This document shows positions 29,944-39,450 of a stretch of 64,000 bases of DNA, piece by piece. Source of the stretch: Promethearchaeota archaeon (GTDB taxonomy: Archaea; Asgardarchaeota; Lokiarchaeia; Sigyniarchaeales; SOKP01); contig JBHLMQ010000001.1 in NCBI GenBank assembly GCA_048938005.1, forward strand, positions 128,001 to 192,000, read 5' to 3'. The translations under genes were made by a program, and so were the position numbers. The notes under the pieces were generated by a model. It was not told where the DNA came from and did no database searches. It was given only the letters and a program-made list of their open reading frames with translations. Within the stretch, counting starts at the first letter, position 1. Each line of letters begins with the position of its first letter.

Positions 29944-30168
29944 ATGTCATCTCGTGGAACTCAATCAAGACGTAAAAAAAGAAGAAGTGGAACTTCTCCC
30001 ATGCCAATGGCAGGGGCAGGATTGATGAGATTCTTTCAAGATAGTTCAGTTGGGATTAAAATTGGCCCCATAAGTACTGTTCTGTTATCCTTAGCCTTAA
30101 TTATAGTAGTAATTCTAGCACACGTAGGTGTATTTAGTTGGTTATTTACCCCTGGCGGTGGAGGATAG
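29944..30168 (+). CDS. Preprotein translocase subunit Sec61-beta
   Basis: Basic disordered N-terminus, AGLMRFFQD..GIKIGP, single C-terminal TM; ATG at 29944 preferred over TTG at 29938. Confidence 0.9.
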   Translation: MSSRGTQSRRKKRRSGTSPMPMAGAGLMRFFQDSSVGIKIGPISTVLLSLALIIVVILAHVGVFSWLFTPGGGG

Positions 30169-30214
30169 TATTTTTTTCTCCTAATTCAACATTAATTAAC
30201 TTTTCTTAGTTTAA

Positions 30215-30508
30215 ATGAGAATTTCAGAATTTCAACAATTAATCAAAGATCTTTACTTAAATCGAGATAAAGGTAGAGGTATCCAATCTACTTTTATTTG
30301 GCTAATAGAAGAAATTGGAGAATTTGCCCGGATTTTAAAAAGTAAAGAAGTTGATTTGGTGAAGGCTTCAGAAGAATTAGCTGATATAATTGCTTGGACA
30401 AATTCATTAGCAAATTTATTAGATATTGATCTTGAATTTGCTTTATCAAACAAATATCCAGACATGTGTCTAAAGTGTAAATCTAATCCATGTATTTGTA
30501 GGAAGTAA
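30215..30508 (+). CDS. MazG-like nucleotide pyrophosphohydrolase
   Basis: WLIEEIGE, EELADIIAW, C-terminal CxxC..PCxC. Confidence 0.88.
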   Translation: MRISEFQQLIKDLYLNRDKGRGIQSTFIWLIEEIGEFARILKSKEVDLVKASEELADIIAWTNSLANLLDIDLEFALSNKYPDMCLKCKSNPCICRK

Positions 30509-30630
30509 CAGATTCAATTAGAGACACAGAGAATAATAATATTTAAATTAAGCAAATCCTATAAACTTTCAAAATTTCTAAAAAACACAATTACATTTAT
30601 ATAAAAAATTTTAATTATAATATCTTTTTA

Positions 30631-31749
30631 GTGCTTACTATGAGCTTATCTGATAAAAAAATTTGGATAGACGTTGAGCAACCTAAAACTGCCATAATGT
30701 TTAAATCCCTATTCAGAATGTTTGAAAAAGAAGAAACAGAGCTTTTAATAACAGCCAGAGATTATGATTCAACATATCAAATTCTAGACGATTTTGGAGT
30801 AGAATACAAAAAAATTGGCAGGCATGGAGGTGGGAAATTAGAGGACAAATTGGAAACATACATAAGTCGATTAACACATCTTTTTCCTATAATTAAGAAA
30901 TTTTCACCCGATTATTTCGTTACTTTTCTATCTGTGGAAGGGACAAGAATTGCATATGGATTAAAAATTCCTTCTATTGGCATGAATGACGAACCGCGCA
31001 ATGAACCTGTATGTAAATTGATACATCCATTTATAGGAAACATTATAACTCCCGAATGTATACCTAAAGATTTGTATATAAGGCTTTATGCTGATCCAGA
31101 GAAAATTATTAGATATAATGGACTTGATGAAATTGCTTGGCTTTCAGAATATAATCCTAATCCACAAATTCTTGAAGAATTTGATATCAAAAAAGGAAAA
31201 TTTTTAATAATAAGGACAGAACCAACTAATGCTTGTTATTTAATTGATAAACTAAAAACAGAAGAAACTTTAATAAGTCAATTTTTTCCACCAATTTATA
31301 AAAAGTTCCCGAATCACAAATACTTCCTTTTAGTTCGTTCAAAAAAACAAGAACAATTCCTTTCAAAAAAGCTTAAAATATTTATTAAAGAAAAAAATGT
31401 TATAATAACCCAATATTTGCCAAATCTTGTTGATTTATGTTTTTATGGAGCTTTGATAATAAGTGGAGGAGGGACAATTGTAAGGGAATCCAGTTTATTA
31501 AATGTACCAAGTATAGAATTTTTTCCAGGAGAATCAGCACCACAAGAGATATTTTTAATAAAAAATGGTTTTCCTCTAGAACATATACATGACTCAAACA
31601 TATTAGTTGAAAGGACTATAGATATCCTCAATCAAGGACCTTCTCCAGAAAGATTTAAGATTAGTTCATTTAAAGATAAAATCAGCCAATTCGAAAATCC
31701 TATCGAAATATGTTTTAACCATGTAAAAAACAAAATGAGGAATAAGTAA
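30631..31749 (+). CDS. DUF354 family (GT-B fold) protein
   Basis: KIWIDV, ITARDY, IGRHGG, YNGLDEIAW, IISGGGTIVRESSLLNVPSI. Confidence 0.85.
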   Translation: MLTMSLSDKKIWIDVEQPKTAIMFKSLFRMFEKEETELLITARDYDSTYQILDDFGVEYKKIGRHGGGKLEDKLETYISRLTHLFPIIKKFSPDYFVTFLSVEGTRIAYGLKIPSIGMNDEPRNEPVCKLIHPFIGNIITPECIPKDLYIRLYADPEKIIRYNGLDEIAWLSEYNPNPQILEEFDIKKGKFLIIRTEPTNACYLIDKLKTEETLISQFFPPIYKKFPNHKYFLLVRSKKQEQFLSKKLKIFIKEKNVIITQYLPNLVDLCFYGALIISGGGTIVRESSLLNVPSIEFFPGESAPQEIFLIKNGFPLEHIHDSNILVERTIDILNQGPSPERFKISSFKDKISQFENPIEICFNHVKNKMRNK

Positions 31750-31763
31750 AAGTTCTTAATAGG

Positions 31764-32876
31764 TTAAGCATCATCTAAAAACTTTTGATATATTACTTCA
31801 AGTTTCTTCCCAACTGAATCCCAACTATATCTTTTTACAAATTCTTGAGCTTTCTCAATTAAAGTTCTTCTCCTATTGTCATCTTTTAACAAATTTACAA
31901 TTTCTTTAGCTAATTGTTGAGGATTCCTTGGAGGAACAAATATTGCATTATCTTGTAAAACTTCACGATAGGCAATCATTGATGAACAAATAACTGGAGT
32001 TCCACAGGTAATCGCTTCGATCGGTGTTAGGCCAAAACCTTCAGAAGCATAAGAATAAGTTATGAAAATATCACCCATCGAGTAATAAATGGGAATCTCT
32101 TTATCGGAAACAAATCCTACAAAATAAATTTTCTTGTATTTTTGTTTCCATTCTTGGTAAAGTTTCTCCATCGAAAAATCTGGTTTACCACCCATAACTA
32201 AATTTAAATTATGGATCTCTTTTTTTGCGATTTTATAAGCTTTTATGATATCATTTACTCCCTTGTATTTGGCTATACGCCCGATATATAGAAGTACTGG
32301 CCCCTTAATATTTAGTTTTTCTTTTAATTCCTGAGCTTCTTTAGGAAGCGGGCGATACTTTTTTTCAATCGCAGAATAGAGATTGAAAATATTATCAAAA
32401 TTCACTTTAGGTATATAATATTTAATTTCTCTCCTAATAAACTCAGAACACGTTGTAATATATGTTGATTTATTAACAGCATATTTAATAAAGAATTTTT
32501 CTATAGGAATTCTTGTAAATCTTGTTTCAAATGGACCTAAATCGTGAATTGTGGATATAAATCGCTTTTGATTGGCCAAAATAATAGGTAAAACTCCTTT
32601 TGGACTATTGCCATGGATAATGTCAAACTTATGTTGTCTGAGATATTTAATAGTATGTATATTAAATTGTGGAAACCAAAAAAAACGCTTTCTTATTATA
32701 TTTATTTGCAAAATATTTGGATCTGAAAGTTCAATATTCCATTTACCTGTAATTAGTTTTACCTTATGACCCTGATTTTTTAGGTAATTATAAATTCCAG
32801 CAAAAAACTTAGCTGCCCCATCTTGAGTATCAGGAGCAATTGTTAAGGAGACTAAACAAATATTTAATTTTTCCAT
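31764..32876 (-). CDS. Glycosyltransferase family 4
   Basis: TIHDL, YIGRIAKYKG, EGFGLTPIEAITCGTPVI (Ex7E), YSWD. Confidence 0.92.
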   Translation of the reverse strand: MEKLNICLVSLTIAPDTQDGAAKFFAGIYNYLKNQGHKVKLITGKWNIELSDPNILQINIIRKRFFWFPQFNIHTIKYLRQHKFDIIHGNSPKGVLPIILANQKRFISTIHDLGPFETRFTRIPIEKFFIKYAVNKSTYITTCSEFIRREIKYYIPKVNFDNIFNLYSAIEKKYRPLPKEAQELKEKLNIKGPVLLYIGRIAKYKGVNDIIKAYKIAKKEIHNLNLVMGGKPDFSMEKLYQEWKQKYKKIYFVGFVSDKEIPIYYSMGDIFITYSYASEGFGLTPIEAITCGTPVICSSMIAYREVLQDNAIFVPPRNPQQLAKEIVNLLKDDNRRRTLIEKAQEFVKRYSWDSVGKKLEVIYQKFLDDA

Positions 32877-32918
32877 GTAACTTTAACAAGATCTTTTAAT
32901 TAATATTCATAGATTGTT

Positions 32919-33896
32919 TTAGGTTAATTGTTCAAACCCATCTTCATTTATTAGGATTGTTTCTTCTGATTGTGCCACATAAACACCTCTTTTTTCTGCT
33001 AAAACATTATGGGCCTGTAATTTCCCTTGTTGTACTAATTCTTGGAGACCAAAAGCCACCCCTAATCTAAATTCTTTTGCTAACCATCTCTCAGCAAATG
33101 GCAATGTTTTATAGTATTTGTTAATAAATCCTAATATTTGTTTAGAAGTCTTTCTGCGTAGAGGCACTCTTCCTGCGTAAGGATTTATTTCATAAATGTA
33201 TGAATATTGAGTATTATGAACTGAACCTTCGCCAGTGCTCGCGAATATTTCAATAGAAAAAACTTCACCGGCTTCCATTATATCACCTCCTTGAGATCCT
33301 AATTCAGGTAGTCGTTTTTTTCCATGAACTGTCCATCTTTCAATTTGATGTCCCCCTAGTTCTCTTATTGGATTATATTTAAAACCCTTAACAATATCTT
33401 CAATCTTTTTACCCATATCTCGCGTATTTGTTTTTGGTTTAGCCATCATCTTAGCTGCATCAAGAGCAACTTCAGTAGATTGTATAATATTTTCCAGGAT
33501 TTCATCTTCACTAAAATTAACAGTAAAAGCAGTATCAACAATATATCCTTCTATATGGACCCCCAAATCGATTTTAACTAAATCTCCCTCATTAATTTCT
33601 AATCCATCATCTTTGATAGGAGATGTATAATGCGCAGCAATGTTATTTATACATAAATTAACTGGAAAGGCACTTGATCCTTCTAATTCCTCAATTTTTG
33701 CTTCAGTCTCAGAGATTAAATCTATTACTTTTCTCCCTATTTTGATTTTAGGCTTAATGTACTTTTTTACTTCTTGAGCAATTTTCCCAGCTTTTTGAAG
33801 AGATTCAATTTTTAATTTTTCCTCTTCTTCTTTTTCTAACTCTTCCTTACTTTTTTCTTCTTGAGTTTCACTTTTCACATTTTGATTCTCGGTCAT
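32919..33896 (-). CDS. map: Methionine aminopeptidase type II
   Basis: AFPVN, AAHYT, KIDLGVHIEGYIVDTAFT, GGHQI, IEIFAS, TLPFAERWL. Confidence 0.95.
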   Translation of the reverse strand: MTENQNVKSETQEEKSKEELEKEEEEKLKIESLQKAGKIAQEVKKYIKPKIKIGRKVIDLISETEAKIEELEGSSAFPVNLCINNIAAHYTSPIKDDGLEINEGDLVKIDLGVHIEGYIVDTAFTVNFSEDEILENIIQSTEVALDAAKMMAKPKTNTRDMGKKIEDIVKGFKYNPIRELGGHQIERWTVHGKKRLPELGSQGGDIMEAGEVFSIEIFASTGEGSVHNTQYSYIYEINPYAGRVPLRRKTSKQILGFINKYYKTLPFAERWLAKEFRLGVAFGLQELVQQGKLQAHNVLAEKRGVYVAQSEETILINEDGFEQLT

Positions 33897-34061
33897 TAAA
33901 ATAACTAATGCGAATTTTGATAAAAATATTTTTTAAATAAGTATTAACTTTATTAATAAAGTTTATATTAAAATTAGATTAAAATTAAAAATAAAAACAA
34001 CATTATAATATTATTATCTTATTAGATCATTAACCTACTATTTTTTTAAGTTGATAAATCT

Positions 34062-34433
34062 TTGAGCGAAAACATCAGCGAACTCATCGATCTTTTAAGG
34101 CGAATGGAAGCCGTTAACTCAGACATTCAAGGTTCTGCAATTGTTAGCGTACAAGGGCTTCCAATTTGTTCAGTGCTTGCAAGAGACGTAAATGACGGTA
34201 TTGTTAGTGCGATGTCAGCAGCTATTCTGAGTGTATCAGAAAGGGCAGTAGAAGAACTTGCTCGTGGAGATCTAAAGCGAATTCTTATAGAGGGTGTTGA
34301 TGGAATCATTATTTTATCAAAGGCAGGCGAAAATGCTATTCTTTGTACTTTAGCAAAAAGCGATGCTTCGCTTGGTATGGTTTTTCTAAATATCCAGAGT
34401 GTTTCTAAAAAAATTTCTGAATTATTGGATTAA
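34062..34433 (+). CDS. Roadblock/LC7 (MglB-like) domain protein
   Basis: SAIVSVQGLPI, VSAMSAAILSVSERAVEEL, ILIEG..G, LGMVFL. Confidence 0.92.
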   Translation: MSENISELIDLLRRMEAVNSDIQGSAIVSVQGLPICSVLARDVNDGIVSAMSAAILSVSERAVEELARGDLKRILIEGVDGIIILSKAGENAILCTLAKSDASLGMVFLNIQSVSKKISELLD

Positions 34434-34506
34434 TCTAATCTGATAATGTTTGTTAGATTGAAGCAATAGTTTTATTTTCTAAATATTATTTTATCCTATT
34501 AATTAT

Positions 34507-35949
34507 ATGACGCCACCAAATCAGCTTTTTGAACAGTTAAGATCAAATCTCCTAAAAATAGAAAACAAAAAATTACTTGAAAAGACTTACTATGAAGATC
34601 TTTCGGATTGCCTCAAATCTGGGCAGTTTGAGAGCTTTAAAAATTTGTTAAATGTATCTATTGATTTTAATCTTTTCATAGATATTAAAAAAATTCCCAA
34701 CCGTTTTAATATTATTTCAAATTTACTACTACAATGTATAGAAAAAATATCTATGGGATATCATACCTCCACTCTAGGAGAGATTATTGATATTTTAAGG
34801 TTTTGTAATGAATATAATTTATTCGACAAAGAATTAAGTGAATTAGAAAGAAAAGAACTTGGAGATCTCAAGAAAGACCCATTATTAATAGCAAATTTAC
34901 TAGATTTATTTGATCGTGTATCAGATTCACTTATTCTATATATTTATAAAAAAATGCCTTACGATCTTTACACCTATTTTACCAAAAGACAAGATCAAGC
35001 AAGTCAATATTTCTCGAATATAGATAATTGGATGTATTTCATTAAAAACGTTTTTTTTAATCAATATTCAATATATGGGTTAAGTGTTAAATATTTAAGC
35101 CCTGTAAAGAAATTTATTGATGAATTTGAGAAAAATCACTTGGATTATAAGGAAAGTTTAAGAAATAAAGAAGAACAACAATTGGATAACGATAGAGAAA
35201 TAATCTCTTTTGATGCATCTTATGTGATCCGAACATTTTATGATGATATAGAAGAAGAATATGAGCACCGTGAGATTAAAAGACACCTTGTTTCTCCTAA
35301 GAATATTTTAAAAAATATAAGTAAAATTCAAGAAAATAATAATTATAATTTTTATAACTTATCAATGGTTCTTCTTGGAGGTTTGGGACCGCAAGGTTTA
35401 GGCTTTACATACTCTACACCTAAAGGAGAGGTTGTTGAGATATGTTCAGATATTAAACAAAATGAGGCTATAATTATCAAGTTTAAAAAATTCTTAAAGA
35501 CACAATTTATTGAGAAATTAGAGAAGGAAATGAAAAGCATACATTTAAAAGTAATTACTATTAAAAAAGTAGTAAATTATCTTACTGAAGTTTTAGACAA
35601 AAATGATCTTATTAGCTTTTTTGAAAAAAAATTTATTTTAAGCAATATAGAGAGCTTCTTACTTGATGAAAATGAAGAAATAAATTTCTCGGATAATAAT
35701 CTTAAGAGATTAGTGAATAAAATTTCAAATGCAATAAATGCAATTTTAAGACCTATAAAAATGATGGATCAATATAAAGCTCGGATGTTTTTAGTTACCA
35801 GTGGTTTATTAAAATCAGAAGATATTGCGAAATTAACAAGCTTGAAAAAAAAATCCCACTATGACATTTTAAGAGAAAGATTTTTTTTTCAATATATCAC
35901 AAACTGGACCTATGAATTATATCAAGCTGAAAAGAAAAAGAATAAATAG
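34507..35949 (+). CDS. Hypothetical protein
   Basis: 480-aa ORF with normal codon use; glycine-rich core VLLGGLGPQGLGFTYSTPKGEVVEICSD; family not recognised. Confidence 0.75.
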   Translation: MTPPNQLFEQLRSNLLKIENKKLLEKTYYEDLSDCLKSGQFESFKNLLNVSIDFNLFIDIKKIPNRFNIISNLLLQCIEKISMGYHTSTLGEIIDILRFCNEYNLFDKELSELERKELGDLKKDPLLIANLLDLFDRVSDSLILYIYKKMPYDLYTYFTKRQDQASQYFSNIDNWMYFIKNVFFNQYSIYGLSVKYLSPVKKFIDEFEKNHLDYKESLRNKEEQQLDNDREIISFDASYVIRTFYDDIEEEYEHREIKRHLVSPKNILKNISKIQENNNYNFYNLSMVLLGGLGPQGLGFTYSTPKGEVVEICSDIKQNEAIIIKFKKFLKTQFIEKLEKEMKSIHLKVITIKKVVNYLTEVLDKNDLISFFEKKFILSNIESFLLDENEEINFSDNNLKRLVNKISNAINAILRPIKMMDQYKARMFLVTSGLLKSEDIAKLTSLKKKSHYDILRERFFFQYITNWTYELYQAEKKKNK

Positions 35950-35967
35950 CCCAAGAAGTCTTATATC

Positions 35968-37440
35968 TTATTTTCTTATTTCTTGAATTCGGTCAAAAAT
36001 GTTATCGAATCGCTCTCTTATTGAACCATATAAACCTTCTTCTTCTGAAACAACTGAATTAATAGCTGTTTTTAATCCATAATGACTTTCTGATATCAGA
36101 ACTCTAATTGGTAAAGTGAGGATATCATTAATTACCATCAAAAACTCTTGAATTATGTTTATGATTTGAGGCACTTTTTCACGAGTTCTATCAATAGTAG
36201 AGGCTTCTGATGATATTAATCCATTTTCACGTTCTTCTTTTAACTCTTCCCATACATTTTCTTTCAATTCAGTGAATTCAATACCTAGATTTTCTAAAGC
36301 CATCTGAGCACCTTCAAACAGGTAATTAATTGTGTCTTTTCCTGTAAAGAGTCTTACATTTTCAACCATTTCTGGAGGTGCTAATCCGTCTAAAAAGCTA
36401 ACGAGTAGTTCATTGTAATCCCTAATTACATCAAGAGGAATGAATAATAATGTCATTTCTCTAAGTTGTTTAAAGAGGTATCCAAGAACTTTAGCAAACC
36501 ATTCATTCTTCAAGGATTTCTCTAAAATTCCTCCATATTCGTTTAAAAGATGAGTTCCTAAATATCCAATAATTCTTATCATGTCATCTTCATAATTTCG
36601 AAAGTAATCAAAAAAGTGTTCAGGCTCCATATTCAATTTATCTCTAATAATATCTGCTAATCTTTCTTTAATAGTTTCCAATGGCTCATCAATATATTCT
36701 TCTAATTTATCAATCGATATTAGATCTTGAATTTTATCAATAATATCAAGCTTTGTTTCTTGAACAATCTCATCTTCTTCTATAGTTTCTTTAAAATATT
36801 TCCTTAACACTGCATTTTTTTGGGTATTAGAATCCATCAGTTCTTTCCATTCTTTATAATCATGGATTTTGCAGATGAACTGTAAGCAATCTCCGCCTTT
36901 AGCAATACATTCTTGCTCAATTATTTGAATTCTATAGTCATTTCTTTTTATTTTTAAAATATAATTAGCAACACTTTCCAACATTCCACACAGTCCACAA
37001 GCCAATCCTTCTGTTTTTTTATTTTTTAATTTACCGAAATCAAAGGTATCTTCGACATCTTGACCATAATTTGCGCAGATTGGACATTTACTGATTTTTA
37101 AAATATAATCATTATATTTTGAATCCTTTTTAGGAAGCTCTTCATAAGAATAATCATCTAACTCCCTTCCAAACACAACAACCCAGAGAATCTCGAAATA
37201 ATCCAAAACTTTTTTAGGAGACCCTGGCATAAATCTAAAAATACTTGAATGACGCTCACATGATTCATAAGCTGCTCTTTTTCCTATTTCTCTGAGAATA
37301 ATAAGGCTTTCTTCTTTATTATTAGTTATCTCATTAACTTCTTTGAGTATTTCCCTATAAAGAAGTGTATAAAATAAGGCATTAGTAGATCTCCCAAATA
37401 TTTTAGTAATTTTTTTCATTAACCATTGGAATGCTCCCAT
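35968..37440 (-). CDS. V4R / TRAPP-Bet3-fold domain protein with a long helical C-terminal region
   Basis: LREIGKRAA, ISKCPIC, GLCGMLE and EQECIAKGGDCLQF match the V4R pattern. Confidence 0.7.
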   Translation of the reverse strand: MGAFQWLMKKITKIFGRSTNALFYTLLYREILKEVNEITNNKEESLIILREIGKRAAYESCERHSSIFRFMPGSPKKVLDYFEILWVVVFGRELDDYSYEELPKKDSKYNDYILKISKCPICANYGQDVEDTFDFGKLKNKKTEGLACGLCGMLESVANYILKIKRNDYRIQIIEQECIAKGGDCLQFICKIHDYKEWKELMDSNTQKNAVLRKYFKETIEEDEIVQETKLDIIDKIQDLISIDKLEEYIDEPLETIKERLADIIRDKLNMEPEHFFDYFRNYEDDMIRIIGYLGTHLLNEYGGILEKSLKNEWFAKVLGYLFKQLREMTLLFIPLDVIRDYNELLVSFLDGLAPPEMVENVRLFTGKDTINYLFEGAQMALENLGIEFTELKENVWEELKEERENGLISSEASTIDRTREKVPQIINIIQEFLMVINDILTLPIRVLISESHYGLKTAINSVVSEEEGLYGSIRERFDNIFDRIQEIRK

Positions 37441-37442
37441 CT

Positions 37443-37970
37443 TTAGGCCCTCTTCCCTATTTTATATTTATAGATTTGAATACATGATTTATTTCCATAT
37501 GCGCGAGATTCTACTACTTTATCTGGTTCTAAAAATACAGAAGCAGGATCAGTAGATTCTTTACTTATAATAGATATTAATACTGAAACCATCCCTAAAA
37601 TTATCTCACATCCAGCTATTTCTATATCATCGTAATGATATTTACATAAGGCGCATTTATAATCTTTAACTGTAACTAAATTCTCAGTTTCATTTATTTC
37701 GACTGAAGGGGAACTATTTAAAACTTTTTGATAAATTGTTGTAATGACATCTTTTAAATTAGAAGTATTAACTATATCTGTTGGTCTCCAATATTGAAGG
37801 TAAGTTCTGGCTATATTTTGTCCCATTTTCCTTAATCTATCTTTCAAATCAGATAACCCGTTTTTCTCCATTAAGCTTGCTAATATATGGATGGAATTTC
37901 TCATTTGGTTCATTGTTGCGTCTGTTTCTATTAGCTCTTTCCTTGAAAAATTCATATTTCTATTTTCCAA
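37443..37970 (-). CDS. V4R / TRAPP-Bet3-like protein
   Basis: RLRKMGQNIA (cf. Bet3 L.KMGYNIG), CALC, CEIILGMVS, VESRAYGNKSCIQIY. Confidence 0.68.
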   Translation of the reverse strand: MENRNMNFSRKELIETDATMNQMRNSIHILASLMEKNGLSDLKDRLRKMGQNIARTYLQYWRPTDIVNTSNLKDVITTIYQKVLNSSPSVEINETENLVTVKDYKCALCKYHYDDIEIAGCEIILGMVSVLISIISKESTDPASVFLEPDKVVESRAYGNKSCIQIYKYKIGKRA

Positions 37971-38219
37971 TCTTATATTAAATTAAATATTGAAAAAATT
38001 TCATCAAATAAAAAATTTTTAGTCCGATTAATAGATTATTAGTATGAATTATGAATACTTCTAAGTATATAAAAAAAAGGATTAAAATATCGAAATTCAT
38101 CATTATTGGAATATTTTTAGTTTATTCCATTTGTCATGTGAGATGATATAGTAAAAAATAAAACAAATATGAAAAAGGAACAGTAATTTATGTTAATAAG
38201 GATTTATAAATCAAATTAA

Positions 38220-38576
38220 CTACATTTTATCAACTATTTCTCTAATAACTTGTTCTCCTGCAGCACCTACCATTATTCCATTTCTGACAAGCAATTGTCC
38301 TTGGATTTCTATTGGATGATTTAAAAGCTCACCGTTATTGAAAAAAAGCAGAGTAGGTATTGCTGTTATACCAAATTTTTCCCCTAAAGGTCTGTTTTGA
38401 TCAAGATCTTCTTTTAATAATTTAATTAATCCTTCTTGTTTTAATTTTTCCAATATAGGGCTTAAAAATCGACAGGGCCCGCACCATGTTGTATATACAT
38501 CTACGATGACTTTCCCTTGTTTCATATCATCTGTAACTTCAAGGCCAAATTCTTTTAGTTCTTCTATATTCATCAT
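38220..38576 (-). CDS. trxA: Thioredoxin
   Basis: WCGPC active site, GITAIPTLLFF. Confidence 0.92.
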   Translation of the reverse strand: MMNIEELKEFGLEVTDDMKQGKVIVDVYTTWCGPCRFLSPILEKLKQEGLIKLLKEDLDQNRPLGEKFGITAIPTLLFFNNGELLNHPIEIQGQLLVRNGIMVGAAGEQVIREIVDKM

Positions 38577-38817
38577 GCCATCTCAATTTTTAAATAATTT
38601 GCTATTTAGTTTCTTTTGATATATTATTGTGAGAATAAATATTTAATTACTTATATTAATTTCATTCAGAATTTAAAAGCGGATTCTCTGGAAAATTGAC
38701 AGTTAGGAATAAAAATAATATACTAATCTTCAATTTAAAACTTAGTTTTAAAAGAATTAATTTTAAAATCGACAATAAGTTATACTATTTAATATCAATA
38801 TAAACTGATCATTTTAT

Positions 38818-39321
38818 ATGGCGACTATAGATTTTAATTTCAGAAACCAAATTCTTGGTAATGATATTGGCAATACTCTAGCATATTGTTATCAATGTGC
38901 AACTTGTAGTGGTGCGTGTCCAGTAGCACAGGTTACTGAAGGGAGGTATAACCCAAGGCGCTTAATTTTGGATGCATTATTAGGGCTTAAAGAGAAAATC
39001 TTTGGACCAGATAATGCGTTTAACATTTGGGGTTGCACAGTATGCGATACATGTGATGAAGTATGCCCTCAGAAAGTTGAACTCACTGAAATTTTCACAA
39101 TTCTAAAAAACATGAGTGTTGAGCGTGGTGAAGCTCCCAATCATTACACTGGTCAAGCATCAACCGTTTTGGAACATGGTAAAGCCATTCCAATGCAACC
39201 AGCTATAGAAAGGCGACGATCACAACTAGGATTACCAGCAATTATAGCTCCTGATGTAAATGAAGTAAAAAAGTTGTTGGAAGCAACAAAATTAGTAGAA
39301 AAACTTCCTAAAACAGAATAA
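38818..39321 (+). CDS. hdrC: Heterodisulfide reductase subunit C-like 2x[4Fe-4S] protein
   Basis: CYQCATCSGACP and WGCTVCDTCDEVCP; RRSQLGLP C-terminus. Confidence 0.85.
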   Translation: MATIDFNFRNQILGNDIGNTLAYCYQCATCSGACPVAQVTEGRYNPRRLILDALLGLKEKIFGPDNAFNIWGCTVCDTCDEVCPQKVELTEIFTILKNMSVERGEAPNHYTGQASTVLEHGKAIPMQPAIERRRSQLGLPAIIAPDVNEVKKLLEATKLVEKLPKTE

Positions 39322-39450
39322 AGTAAGTTTATTTCTATTTAGTTTATGTTTTTTAAAATTTTCGTTAGAATTTTATAGACTTATTCTATAATTGAATTAT
39401 AGCGTAAATTTCATGATTTTAAATTTAAAGAATTTTAGAGGTAAAATAAG

